This document shows, piece after piece, positions 17,102 to 27,094 of a stretch of 64,000 bases of DNA; the first letter of the stretch is position 1, and the number at the start of each line of letters is the position of its first letter. Made by a program: the position numbers and the translations under genes. The notes under the pieces are model-generated. The model saw only the letters and a program-made list of their open reading frames with translations, was not told the DNA's origin and made no database searches. Origin of the DNA: an uncultured Gammaproteobacteria bacterium (GTDB taxonomy: Bacteria > Patescibacteriota > Patescibacteriia > Patescibacteriales > UBA12465); NCBI GenBank assembly GCA_964616855.1, contig CAZTUJ010000001.1, positions 451,102 through 515,101 of the forward strand, given 5' to 3'.

Positions 17102-18058
17102 TTATAATTGCCGCCCTTCATGTACCTTACGATGGATGTCGCGAAGTTGCTTGTTGGTCACATGAGTATAAATTTGAGTAGTGGCAATATTACTATGACC
17201 TAAAAATTCCTGCACCGTGCGCAAATCAACTCCCTGGTTTAAAAGGTCAGTAGCAAAAGAATGGCGCAGAGTATGGGGAGTCGCCATTACCGGCAAGCCG
17301 CTGATTTTCACATATTTTTTCACAATATCTTCGATGCTTTTCACAGTGAGACGACGAGAGGCGCTACTTTGAGCAGAGCCACGGCGATAATTGATAAATA
17401 AGGCCTCATCAAAATCTTTCCGCTCATCTAAGTAGGCCTTTAAAGATTTAACTGCTCGGGCAGAGAAATAGACGGTTCTAATCTTACTACCTTTGCCCAC
17501 CACCGCAATCTCCAAATCATCATTTACCGAACGAATTCTAATCTGTTCTAAATTTAAGGCAGCTAATTCGGCGACGCGCAAACCCGTGGAGAAAAGGGTC
17601 TCCAAAATTGCTCGATCCCGCAAGCCAATTAAAGTGTGGCGGTCGGGCGCCTCTAAGAGGCTGGCCAGCTGTTCTAATTTTAAAAATTTAATTTCTTTAT
17701 CAGACTTATCTTTTGCCAACTTTACTTTTGAAGGCGGCAGGGAACTAATATCTTTTTCTACAAAAAATTCCAGTAAAGAACGCAAGGCAATTAAGTAATA
17801 ATTCTGCGTACTTTTTTTTAAAGTTTTTTTAGTCTTGGGATCAGCGTGACGGGAAAGAAAAACTTTATACTGCCAAACATGGTCAGGACTAAAATCAGCC
17901 GGCTTTAATTCAGCCAAGCCAACACTCTCTAGCCAACGAAAAAATTTCCGTAAGAAACGGGTATAGTTTTCCTGAGTCTTAGTAGATAAGCCTTTTTCAA
18001 TCTCAGAATAATCAAGAAAATCAAGGAGATATTTAATTATTGCTTTTTGTTCAGCCAT
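17102..18058 (-). CDS. XerC/XerD-like tyrosine recombinase
   Basis: RDRAILE..TGLRVAE, GKGSK.R, HTLRHSFAT, LGH..IATTQIYTH; no integron-integrase insertion. Confidence 0.92.
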   Translation of the reverse strand: MAEQKAIIKYLLDFLDYSEIEKGLSTKTQENYTRFLRKFFRWLESVGLAELKPADFSPDHVWQYKVFLSRHADPKTKKTLKKSTQNYYLIALRSLLEFFVEKDISSLPPSKVKLAKDKSDKEIKFLKLEQLASLLEAPDRHTLIGLRDRAILETLFSTGLRVAELAALNLEQIRIRSVNDDLEIAVVGKGSKIRTVYFSARAVKSLKAYLDERKDFDEALFINYRRGSAQSSASRRLTVKSIEDIVKKYVKISGLPVMATPHTLRHSFATDLLNQGVDLRTVQEFLGHSNIATTQIYTHVTNKQLRDIHRKVHEGRQL

Positions 18059-18108
18059 ATTAATATTATAGCAGATAGGGAAGCGGAGGGACAATTGAAA
18101 AATATTAA

Positions 18109-18137
18109 TTGACAGGTGATGAGCAAGGGTCTATGAT
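18109..18137 (+). promoter_or_regulatory. sigma70 promoter
   Basis: TTGACA-17-TATGAT. Confidence 0.7.
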
Positions 18138-18155
18138 TTTAAAAAAGATTGTACC

Positions 18156-18650
18156 ATGGAAACGAGCAGAGAAATATCCGTCCAATTAAGCGCCGTTCTC
18201 AAAATAGTTTACGAGCACACTGATGAGGGCGAAAATGAAATCGATTTATTAATCGAGCGAAAGGGAAATAATCTTTTATTAAGAAACATCGATTATAACC
18301 CTGACAAACCCCTCCTGACTGAGACATTGACGATATTGTTAAAAAATGTTGTTAATAAATTCAGTCCGGCTATTACCAAGATGAAAATTGTGGCCACCGA
18401 AAAAGTGCCACGCTACCAACTCTGGCCTTGGCCTAAAAAGACTATTGGCCAAGAGTTTAGCGCCGCTGTTGAAGAAATAATCCTTCGTGGCGGTCGCATC
18501 ATTATTAAGCCGCAAAACCCCCAAGAAGCCGGGGAACTGCGCCAACTACTGCTTCTAAGTCAAGACCATGACAATAAAGAAGTCTGGATTGACCCCATTA
18601 TCACCGGTTTAGATTTAAATTTAGAAAAAATTCAAATCGATGAAAAATAG
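18156..18650 (+). CDS. Orphan hypothetical protein
   Basis: 164-aa ORF with its own promoter and terminator. Confidence 0.7.
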   Translation: METSREISVQLSAVLKIVYEHTDEGENEIDLLIERKGNNLLLRNIDYNPDKPLLTETLTILLKNVVNKFSPAITKMKIVATEKVPRYQLWPWPKKTIGQEFSAAVEEIILRGGRIIIKPQNPQEAGELRQLLLLSQDHDNKEVWIDPIITGLDLNLEKIQIDEK

Positions 18651-18662
18651 AGTAAAGAAAAG

Positions 18663-18698
18663 CCCCGGTACGCACCAAGCGCTACTGGGGATTTTTTT
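18663..18698 (+). terminator. Intrinsic terminator
   Basis: CCCCGGTA...TACTGGGG then aT7. Confidence 0.75.
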
Positions 18699-18760
18699 AT
18701 TTAGGGGAGCAGGGGTATAGATGAAAAGACTCAATTTATCAGCCTTTTCTGCATAATCAT

Positions 18761-18788
18761 ACTTCGCATAATGTATATTAATACACCT
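18761..18788. other. dif-like Xer site (XerC arm and core intact, XerD arm divergent)
   Basis: ACTTCGCATAA TGTATA TTAATACACCT; 16 contiguous bases identical to E. coli dif; ~700 bp from the xer gene. Confidence 0.65.
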
Positions 18789-19023
18789 AATAAGCATGAT
18801 GAAAACAAGGGCTATAAGGTATTAGGTCTTTTAGTAGATTACGAGTCCCAAAAAATTAATCTGTGGTACAAACATCAGGATTATTTTTACAATCAGTAAA
18901 AAAAGACCAACACTGATTAAAGAAAAAATAAACACCGAGAAGCCGAACAGAACCTTGAACATTGTTTCCATATAGTTGTGAAGCTGGCGGTATTCCCCGC
19001 CGCACTTCTTTAGTTACTTTTTG

Positions 19024-19911
19024 TTACTTAAAGTAGGCACGATCACCATAACGAAGGTCAATATACTCTAAGGCATTAAATTGCGCCTGATCTTGCTCTT
19101 GTTTTATAATCACCAACTTATTGAGTTGCTTGTCTAAATCCTCTTTTACATTAAAAAGGATATTAGGACCCGAAGCCAGGTCAGCTTTCAGGGTATTAAA
19201 GGCCCCCTCCAATAAGAAACGATTAACTTTAAGTTCCGGGTAAGACTTCATCTTTTCATAGAGGGCAAAAAGGGCGCGCAAATAAGCCTCATCGATTTCT
19301 AAACAATCTTTGTTGTCTAGATAGTCTAAGTCACTACTAGCCTCTAAAATGGCATAATTAGCTATGTCTGCCTCTGTTAACGAAGCTTCGGGCACTAAAC
19401 AACCACGACTATCGCTAAAGCTTTGTCCGCTCTTATCTCGCCAAATAAAGGCTAGACTGCGCTCACCGGCACTAATTACTAAAGTATGAGGCCAACGTTT
19501 ATAAACCCGTAAAGAATCAAAACTAAAATTTTCGCTCAAAGCGGCCGCTAGGGTCTCTTCTTGAAAAAATAAAAGATTACTCTGCTTAAAAAGAAAAGCC
19601 TGGCGACCTTGGCTCTGTTGCCAGGCAAAATCGGCCAGCTCAGCCTCAGGGATACGACTCACGCCTTCAATTTTTACCTGGCGCAAGGAAAAAAGCGGTG
19701 AAAAACAAAAAAGATATAAAAGAGCGGAAAAAATTAGAATTATAAAAAAGAAAACAAAATAGCGACGAAATTTGTTTTTAGAAACTCCGGGCTTTGCTTG
19801 CCGCTTATGAAAAAAAGGGTTATGCAGAGTTTTATGCTGATAATCTTTTTTTACACGTTTAAATTTTTTTGCCCTTCTTGCCAAATAAGGACTAGACTTC
19901 CCTTTCAACAT
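19024..19911 (-). CDS. ftsQ: FtsQ/DivIB-like cell division protein
   Basis: Basic N-terminus, TM, POTRA ('FSLRQVKIEG','KRWPHTLVI'), C-terminal 'YIDLRY'. Confidence 0.75.
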   Translation of the reverse strand: MLKGKSSPYLARRAKKFKRVKKDYQHKTLHNPFFHKRQAKPGVSKNKFRRYFVFFFIILIFSALLYLFCFSPLFSLRQVKIEGVSRIPEAELADFAWQQSQGRQAFLFKQSNLLFFQEETLAAALSENFSFDSLRVYKRWPHTLVISAGERSLAFIWRDKSGQSFSDSRGCLVPEASLTEADIANYAILEASSDLDYLDNKDCLEIDEAYLRALFALYEKMKSYPELKVNRFLLEGAFNTLKADLASGPNILFNVKEDLDKQLNKLVIIKQEQDQAQFNALEYIDLRYGDRAYFK

Positions 19912-19926
19912 AAATTAAATACAAAG

Positions 19927-21078
19927 TCAAACAATATTTCTTCTAATATTAGCTTGTAATTTGACTAATAACTCATAAGGGATACTTCCCTGCAGCCGCG
20001 CTAAATTTTCCAAAGAGTTAAAATCTCCCCGCCGCGAAGAAATTAAGCAAACCTCTAAACCGGGGGAAATCAATTCTTCCCTGCCCATATCCAAACAACA
20101 AAGATTCATGCAGACCCGCCCAGCTAATTTAGCTTTAATTTTATTTTTACCTTTAATAACTTGAAACTCCGCCAAATTAGAAAGTCGTCGATCTAAACCT
20201 TCATAATAACCAAAAGGAATAACTGCTATTTGCGTAGCGACCGGAGCTTGATAAGTAGCATTGTAAGAGACAATTTCACCAGGATTAAGATTTTGCACAG
20301 AGACAATCGTACTCATTAAGCTTAAGGCCGGACGCAAAGATTGGGCCTCACTAAAGTAGGGGCTAATTTCGCTAAAAGGATTGTAGCCGTAAAGCGCTAA
20401 ACCGGGACGATAGGCGTTTAAACGCTTATCTTTAAGGGTAAAAATACCAGCACTATTGCCAAGGTGAACATATTTAGGAAAAATTCCTTGTTGATTTAAA
20501 AAATCTAAATCTTTGAAAAATGCTGCCGTCTGTTTCTGGTTAAGAACACCATCGCCTTCGGCCTCAGCCAGGTGAGAACAAAGGCCAACAATATTTAGAT
20601 GGGACCAATAATCAAGATTGTCCTGCCAGAAACTAGGCAAATTTTTAATTCCCTCCCGATTCATCCCAGAATTAACAAAAAGATGGATATTAGCTTTTAT
20701 TTTCAAAGCTGCTAAAACTTTAAGGGTCTCCTTATTATAAATACAAATTTCGGTACGCGACCAATTTAGATAACGATAAGCGGGGATGGGCATTTCTCCG
20801 ATTAATAAAACTTTACCACGAAAATAACGATAAGCCACTTGCGCCTCCGGGAAAGAATCAACCGCCACCATTTCTACCTTTGCCCGATTAAGAATCTGAC
20901 AAATTTCTTTCAAGCCGTGGCCGTAAGCGTTAGATTTTAAAACAGGAATAATTTTGGCTTCTGGTTGACGGCTTTGAAGAAATTGAAAATTATCTAAAAT
21001 CGCTTCAGCTTCTATTTCCAAGCGATTAAGAGTTGGGTAATTTGGTTTGCGCCAACGACGCAGATAAGAAATAAGCAT
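19927..21078 (-). CDS. alr: Alanine racemase
   Basis: VLKSNAYGHG, GMNREG, RPGLALYG, GRVCMN, IPYELL. Confidence 0.93.
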   Translation of the reverse strand: MLISYLRRWRKPNYPTLNRLEIEAEAILDNFQFLQSRQPEAKIIPVLKSNAYGHGLKEICQILNRAKVEMVAVDSFPEAQVAYRYFRGKVLLIGEMPIPAYRYLNWSRTEICIYNKETLKVLAALKIKANIHLFVNSGMNREGIKNLPSFWQDNLDYWSHLNIVGLCSHLAEAEGDGVLNQKQTAAFFKDLDFLNQQGIFPKYVHLGNSAGIFTLKDKRLNAYRPGLALYGYNPFSEISPYFSEAQSLRPALSLMSTIVSVQNLNPGEIVSYNATYQAPVATQIAVIPFGYYEGLDRRLSNLAEFQVIKGKNKIKAKLAGRVCMNLCCLDMGREELISPGLEVCLISSRRGDFNSLENLARLQGSIPYELLVKLQANIRRNIV

Positions 21079-21079
21079 C

Positions 21080-22150
21080 CTATTGGGCGACAACTTCGCC
21101 GTGATTACGATTAAGGCGGTCGTCAGGCAAAGAAGAGTCTAAATCACTTAAAGAGGACGAGATTTCTAGTCCTGTCCAGGTATCATCAACGTGATATTGC
21201 AAATCATACAACAGGGGCGCATTTTTACCGATTTGTTCTTCGCTAGGCATTAAAGTTAAGGCAAAATTGGCAATATAGTCGCCGCCAGCAGCGCTAAGAT
21301 TATCTACCTGCCAGATTAAGCGCCGAGACTGCTGATTATAAGAAAATTTACCAGCCAGAAGACTCTGTTCGTCGCTTAAAGAAACCCCTTCCGGTAAACG
21401 TGCACTAAAGACTAAATTTTCCAAAGCATTGCCTGAATTTAAGGCTTTTACTATCAGCCAATATTTAGTAGGGATACCCACTACCGGCGGTAAAGGACCA
21501 ATACCAAGTTGATCGCCTTGGGGGCTATGATAATAAATACCCGCTTTTATTTCTAAATCACTAGCAATCTTAATCTGGGGTAAAGATATTTCCTTTTCTT
21601 TTTTCTTTCCCGCAGAAGTAAGTTCAGCAATAAGCTTTAATTCTAAGTTTCGGGGAAAATCACTTTTTACCGTCAGCCAATCAAATTCTAGCTCTAGACT
21701 ACCTTGAGCTCCAGCTTTAATATCATTTAGAACTATCTGCCCCTGCTCTAAAACTGCCCTTTCACCAGTTACTTTTAAATTTTTAATTTGAAAGGCCGCG
21801 CTCGTAAAATCTAAAGAAAAAATAGCTTGATCAATATCTAAACTACCCTGATTATGATAATCAATTTTAATTATTAGCCTATCGTCTAATTTCACCACTG
21901 TTTTTTCGGGAGCAGCCTGAATATCTAGCTCCAGCTTATTACTCAAAATACCATCGGTACTGGTAGGGCCGGAATTTTGTAAATTAAGAATATCCAGCAC
22001 TACGGGATGATAAAGAGCCAGACGTAAAGAGACGCCAGCTAATAGTAATACCAAAATTACCAAAGAAGTATCTAAAGCCAGATGCCAACGATTGCGCCGG
22101 TAAAATCTTTCTCGGCGGCGATGCCACCAGTGAACAATTTTTTTATACAT
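21080..22150 (-). CDS. Membrane-anchored Ig-like-domain hypothetical protein (paralog of 60019 gene)
   Basis: TM; 'GIGPLPPVVG' matches 'GSGPLPPRVG' in the 60019 gene. Confidence 0.7.
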   Translation of the reverse strand: MYKKIVHWWHRRRERFYRRNRWHLALDTSLVILVLLLAGVSLRLALYHPVVLDILNLQNSGPTSTDGILSNKLELDIQAAPEKTVVKLDDRLIIKIDYHNQGSLDIDQAIFSLDFTSAAFQIKNLKVTGERAVLEQGQIVLNDIKAGAQGSLELEFDWLTVKSDFPRNLELKLIAELTSAGKKKEKEISLPQIKIASDLEIKAGIYYHSPQGDQLGIGPLPPVVGIPTKYWLIVKALNSGNALENLVFSARLPEGVSLSDEQSLLAGKFSYNQQSRRLIWQVDNLSAAGGDYIANFALTLMPSEEQIGKNAPLLYDLQYHVDDTWTGLEISSSLSDLDSSLPDDRLNRNHGEVVAQ

Positions 22151-22167
22151 ATGCTTAGATGTTTAAA

Positions 22168-24168
22168 TTAAAAACCTTTAATACTCACAGAAACCTCCGC
22201 TTCCCCACTCTTATTGGAATAGCCAACGGTGATGCCCCCACGGAAGTCTTTATCATAAGCAAAAAAACTATTTAAAGAGAGGCCATCTTGATTAAAAATT
22301 CTCACCTGGGGACCGCCACCCGGACCAGCGCCGGTGATAACTTCCGCCTGACCATCAGCATTCATATCTCCGGCCGCAACGGTAACGCCGCCGCGAAAAT
22401 TTTTGTCATAGGCGAAAAACTGACCAACAAGTGAACCTTGATTATTAAAATAGCGAACATGGGGACCACCACCCTTACCGGCACCAGTCACAATCTCCGC
22501 TCGACCGTCGCCGTTAATATCTCCGGCGGCAACATTGACGCCACCCCGAAAATTTTTGTCATAGGCGAAAAAATTGAGCATCGCTTTGCCCTCAAAGCTA
22601 AAAACCCGTACTTGGGGGCCGCCGCCGGCGCCCGCACCAATAATAATTTCCGGTCTACTATCACCGTTGATATCACCAACGGCAATTGATGCCGAGCCTT
22701 TAAAACCAGGAGCAAAGGGCTGAACTGTCCAGATTATTTTTCCTCCCCGCTGGCGACTAAGTTTCCCTTCGTGGCTAAAAATATAATCTGTTTCTCCATC
22801 TAAAAAAGTATCGACTAAAACTTCACTGCCACTGGGCAAACTGCTGATATAAGAAAAGAAACCATTGCGAGCTTGCTGGCCGTCACTTTTAAAGATTCTT
22901 AAAAACCCACCGTTGGTAAAAACACTCCCCTGCCAAGCTGCTAATTTTTTTAAAAGAATAATTCCGTCTTTAGGTTCAATTTTCAAATAATTAATTTTTA
23001 AACCATTGTTAATATTAGGATCCTGTTTGCCTTTAATTTTTTCAAACTCCTCTTTGCTAAAAATAAAATTTTGGACCTTATCCGTAGAATTAACGATAGC
23101 TACGCCATTTTTAAAATCACGACGCCACAACCCTGCCCGCCAATCACTCTTGCCGCTATTAATAAGATTATAAGGAGCCGACTGAGCGCTACCGAGATCG
23201 AGATCATACTCATCATACCACCAAGTCTGACCGTGATTACTCACATCATAATCAAAACTGTAATAACCGTCGCCTAAAAGTGCGCTGGCAAAACCGTAAC
23301 GGAAACGACGGTAATTTTCCTGATTTTTTTCATAAATATTAATAATAGGAAGAGCGGGTCGAAGATTTAATTGAGCTAAACGTGAATATGAACTCATGGA
23401 TCCAGACCAAGTGCCACCGTTTTCCCAAGATGAAGGAAAATTTTCCAACATCATGCCATTTAACAGGGGCTGATAGGGCCAATGGATACGACCATTGCCG
23501 ACGATTAAGAAATCAGAGCCACACAATTCTTTAGTTAAACGTAAAATTTTACTTGTGCCTTCAATCCAGAGACTATTAGCCACTAAGATTGAGTCCTGCT
23601 GACCGTCGTTATTAAAATCAAGATTACCGCCATTAACCCAAGCCACATCGCCCCAGATGTTGTCATAAAAAACTCCGTCCCAAAGACCACTGGCCTGAAG
23701 ACGCTCATGAACGAATTGGGGCAAGAATTCATTAAACTTTTTACCATTAGCGTTACGAGGAGACTGCTCGCTTAAATTGAGCATCGAGGTAAAAGGCCAA
23801 TTAACCACCGGCCGACCATCTTTATCTTTTAAATACCAAGCAGAATCAATTTGAGCGGCTAACTCCTGACGCAACCAAGCATTACGATAATCTTCGGTAT
23901 TATCCATAATTTCCTGAGAAGTAATATAGGCTAAGATTTTTACTTCAGGATTAAGCCGACGAATTTTTTCAATTAATTCAGGATTATTTTCCTGATTTTC
24001 CATGTCTAAAATAATTAGATCCCACTGTGCTAACTCTTCCGCCTCTTGCTCGGTCATTTCCCATCTTAAAAAATAATTAGCTAAACGCGGATAAGAACCC
24101 TCCGCCCCGGCCACTTGCGGGATGAATAAAAATAAGAGGAAAATTAAGATCAGAAGATAAGGACGCAT
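22168..24168 (-). CDS. Secreted putative glycoside hydrolase (GHL15-like) with C-terminal FG-GAP-like repeats
   Basis: Signal peptide; DGVFYDN; three GD(I/M)NxD..E..GAGxGGGP repeats. Confidence 0.75.
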   Translation of the reverse strand: MRPYLLILIFLLFLFIPQVAGAEGSYPRLANYFLRWEMTEQEAEELAQWDLIILDMENQENNPELIEKIRRLNPEVKILAYITSQEIMDNTEDYRNAWLRQELAAQIDSAWYLKDKDGRPVVNWPFTSMLNLSEQSPRNANGKKFNEFLPQFVHERLQASGLWDGVFYDNIWGDVAWVNGGNLDFNNDGQQDSILVANSLWIEGTSKILRLTKELCGSDFLIVGNGRIHWPYQPLLNGMMLENFPSSWENGGTWSGSMSSYSRLAQLNLRPALPIINIYEKNQENYRRFRYGFASALLGDGYYSFDYDVSNHGQTWWYDEYDLDLGSAQSAPYNLINSGKSDWRAGLWRRDFKNGVAIVNSTDKVQNFIFSKEEFEKIKGKQDPNINNGLKINYLKIEPKDGIILLKKLAAWQGSVFTNGGFLRIFKSDGQQARNGFFSYISSLPSGSEVLVDTFLDGETDYIFSHEGKLSRQRGGKIIWTVQPFAPGFKGSASIAVGDINGDSRPEIIIGAGAGGGPQVRVFSFEGKAMLNFFAYDKNFRGGVNVAAGDINGDGRAEIVTGAGKGGGPHVRYFNNQGSLVGQFFAYDKNFRGGVTVAAGDMNADGQAEVITGAGPGGGPQVRIFNQDGLSLNSFFAYDKDFRGGITVGYSNKSGEAEVSVSIKGF
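22230..22690 (-). repeat. Three tandem ~51-aa FG-GAP/integrin-like coding repeats
   Basis: 'FFAYDK(N/D)FRGG' and 'GAGxGGGP(Q/H)VR' repeated, visible in DNA (ccgaaaatttttgtcataggcgaaaaa-type repeat twice). Confidence 0.8.
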
Positions 24169-24174
24169 GCAGAT

Positions 24175-25437
24175 TTAAAATTTAGTTTTATCAGGAAAAA
24201 TAAACTCCGGAGAACCAGGTAAATACGGCCTTAATACTTCAGGAATGCGCACGGAACCGTCCATCTGTTGATTCTGCTCCAAAATCGCCGGCAATAAGCG
24301 ACTAGTGGCCAAACCGGAAGCATTTAAAGTATGCACAAACATATTTTCCCCCTCTTTATTTTTAAAGCGAGTCTGACCGCGCCGAGCTTGATAGTCTAAA
24401 GCATTCGAAATACTGCTCACCTCCTTATAAATTCCCATGCTCGGTAACCAAACTTCTAAATCATAAGTTTTAGCCATAGCCGCGCTACAATCGCCAGCCG
24501 CCAGCTTGGAAACTTGATAGTGCAAACCTAATCCCTCCACTAATCCCTGGGCATTTTTTACCAACTCTTCAAACATCACCCAGGAATCCTCAGGACGACA
24601 GAAAATGAACATCTCCACCTTATTAAACTGATGCCCGCGGACCATTCCCCGCTCTTCTTGACGATAACTCCCGGCCTCTCGGCGAAAACAAGGTGAATAG
24701 GCAAAATATTTCAAGGGCAACTGTTCAAGGGGTAAAAGTTCTTCCCGGTGATAATTACCCAACATCATTTCACTCGTAGCATTAAGACAAAGCTTATCCT
24801 GAGTCCAAAAAAGATCATCTCGAAATTTAGGCAGATGCCCCGAAGTATAAGCTGACTTTTCGCTCAGTAAGAAAGGAGGGATTAAAAACTGATAATTATT
24901 TTTTGTGTGAAAAGAAATAAAGTAAGATAAAAGTGCCCATTCTAACAAAGCCCCCCAACCCCGATAACACCAAAAACCGCTACCCGACATTTTTACCGCT
25001 CTATCATAATCGATTACCCCGAGACTCTCGGCCATCTCTACATGATCTTTAAAAGGAAAAGAAAAAACTGGTTTCTCGCCAAAAGTATAAACCACTTCAT
25101 TATTTTCCTTGCCTCCCGCTACAACATCATCGGCAGGAATGTTAGGCAGCGCCGCTAAAGCTTCCTGCAAGTTATTTTCCAACTCTTGCAATTTAAGATC
25201 TAAAGACTTGATGCGCTCACCTAAAGCCTTCATGGCGCTAATGGTTTCTGGACTAGGCTTTGACTTAGAATTAAGGTTACGTTCTGCTTTCAAAACTTCC
25301 GCTTCTTTAATTACTTCCCGTCTCTGGTCATCAAGCGCGACAAGGCTTTCCAAGTCGAGTTTTTCTGCTTCCATTCTTTTTAATAAAGCCTGGCGCACGG
25401 GTTCCAAATTTTCACGGATGTATTTAATGTCTAGCAT
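24175..25437 (-). CDS. serS: Seryl-tRNA synthetase
   Basis: MLDIKYIREN, FRREAGS..RG.VRGHQF.KVE, HTLNASGLA. Confidence 0.96.
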   Translation of the reverse strand: MLDIKYIRENLEPVRQALLKRMEAEKLDLESLVALDDQRREVIKEAEVLKAERNLNSKSKPSPETISAMKALGERIKSLDLKLQELENNLQEALAALPNIPADDVVAGGKENNEVVYTFGEKPVFSFPFKDHVEMAESLGVIDYDRAVKMSGSGFWCYRGWGALLEWALLSYFISFHTKNNYQFLIPPFLLSEKSAYTSGHLPKFRDDLFWTQDKLCLNATSEMMLGNYHREELLPLEQLPLKYFAYSPCFRREAGSYRQEERGMVRGHQFNKVEMFIFCRPEDSWVMFEELVKNAQGLVEGLGLHYQVSKLAAGDCSAAMAKTYDLEVWLPSMGIYKEVSSISNALDYQARRGQTRFKNKEGENMFVHTLNASGLATSRLLPAILEQNQQMDGSVRIPEVLRPYLPGSPEFIFPDKTKF

Positions 25438-25465
25438 ATATTTTCTTGAATTTATAAATATTGAT

Positions 25466-27058
25466 TTAAACGGCTTCGCCGCCAAAACTCTCTAACAGAC
25501 TACCCAGAACTCCACTCGGCGGCGGCGTCTTTGGCTCTGGAGCCAAAGTGACAGGATTATTGCTCGCAGGTAAGGTAGCATCTAGTTCTAAATTCTCATC
25601 TAAAGAAGTATCGATGCTAAGCTGTCCACCAAAAACTTCAGCTAGCGTCGTTTCCATAATCGGACGAATGGAGGCATCAAGAATACGATCACGGTGAAAT
25701 TTATATTTAAAACGTAAAGACAGAACGCCGGCCGATAAAGCTTGGGGTAAACAATTTTGTAAAACGAAAGAAAGGGAGTGATTATACTTTTTAATTTTAA
25801 CCAAGACTTCTGGCCACCGCGCCGCCACTTCCGCAGCCTCTAAATCGGGGGCGCTGGCCGTAATTACACTAGAATTATTTTCTGTCTTAACCGGCGCAGA
25901 GGCAGAACTAGAGCGCAGCACCTTAGGAGTAGAAAAAGGCACGGGAGCAGAAGCTACAGCTAAATCCGGGAGCAAACAAAGCTCGACCACTGCTATTTCT
26001 AAAGGTAATTGGGGAATGCTGGCGGGTTTTTCTTGAGCTAAGTCTAAAAAACGACGCAAAGCCCGCAAACAAGCGGGTAAGGGAAATTCTTGAGCTAATT
26101 CACTAATCCTAATTTCCAACTGTTCGCCAAAATCTAAACCAAGTTTTTCCGCCAAGCCCGGCTGGGCCGACTGCAGCATAATCTTGCGCAACATTGTCAC
26201 TAATTCTTCTAAAAAATTCTTAAAACTGACGCCATTATCTGCTAATTGATTAGTAAGGGTCACGGCCGCCCCGGCGTTATGCTTAACAATATGCTCCAAC
26301 ATTTCCAAAGCTTCCTGATGATGATGACGCGGCAATACTAATTCCGCTTCCTCCACCCCAATTTTTTTTGCCCCTAAAGCTAAGACTTGTCCGAAAAGAC
26401 TTTCCGCGTCGCGCAGATAACCAGCGGACTGGCGAGCAACATCCTCTAAGACTTCCCGGCTAATTTCTATCTTCTCTTGAGCGGCAATAAAGCTTAACTT
26501 CTTAACAATCTCCGTCGGGCTAATACGCTTAAAATCAAAACGCTGACAGCGAGAGATAATCGTTGCCGGCACCTTATGAATCTCCGTGGTGCAAAGAATG
26601 AAAAGAACATGGCGAGGTGGCTCTTCAATTATTTTCAATAAAGCATTAAAAGCAGATAAAGAGAGCATGTGAACTTCATCGATGATAAAGACACGCATCT
26701 TGCCGCGGCTAGGGGCTAAACGAGCAGAAGAAATAACATTATCGCGCACATTATCTACGCCGGTATTAGAAGCGGCGTCAATTTCCATAACATCGAGAGA
26801 ATTGCCCTTTTTAATACTCTGACAATTACTGCACTCACCACAAGGTTCAGACTCACCGCTGACTCGTTTTTCACAATTAACTGCCTGGGCCAATACTCGC
26901 GCCATCGTCGTTTTACCGACCGCTCGCGGACCACAAAAAAGATAGGCTTGACCGAGCTTATCAGAAGCTAATTCATTTTGCAGAGTAATTTTCAAGTGAT
27001 TCTGTCCCAGGATATCAGCAAATTTCTGGGGGCGGTAATCACGATAGAGAGTAGGCAT
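25466..27058 (-). CDS. dnaX: DNA polymerase III gamma/tau
   Basis: LYRDYRP, GPRAVGKTT, EIDAASN, IIDEVHML, SRC. Confidence 0.96.
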   Translation of the reverse strand: MPTLYRDYRPQKFADILGQNHLKITLQNELASDKLGQAYLFCGPRAVGKTTMARVLAQAVNCEKRVSGESEPCGECSNCQSIKKGNSLDVMEIDAASNTGVDNVRDNVISSARLAPSRGKMRVFIIDEVHMLSLSAFNALLKIIEEPPRHVLFILCTTEIHKVPATIISRCQRFDFKRISPTEIVKKLSFIAAQEKIEISREVLEDVARQSAGYLRDAESLFGQVLALGAKKIGVEEAELVLPRHHHQEALEMLEHIVKHNAGAAVTLTNQLADNGVSFKNFLEELVTMLRKIMLQSAQPGLAEKLGLDFGEQLEIRISELAQEFPLPACLRALRRFLDLAQEKPASIPQLPLEIAVVELCLLPDLAVASAPVPFSTPKVLRSSSASAPVKTENNSSVITASAPDLEAAEVAARWPEVLVKIKKYNHSLSFVLQNCLPQALSAGVLSLRFKYKFHRDRILDASIRPIMETTLAEVFGGQLSIDTSLDENLELDATLPASNNPVTLAPEPKTPPPSGVLGSLLESFGGEAV

Positions 27059-27094
27059 AGGAAAAATTTTATCAAATATTAAAACGGAAAAAAT

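Noticed and set aside
18761-19024. Replication terminus exactly at the gene-orientation switch
   Set aside because: Spot counts show C>=G on the + strand on both sides; a whole-contig skew calculation is needed.
22230-22690. CRISPR array or DGR repeat pair
   Set aside because: These are in-frame coding repeats (as are those near 51390-51590); there are no spacers, cas genes or reverse transcriptase.
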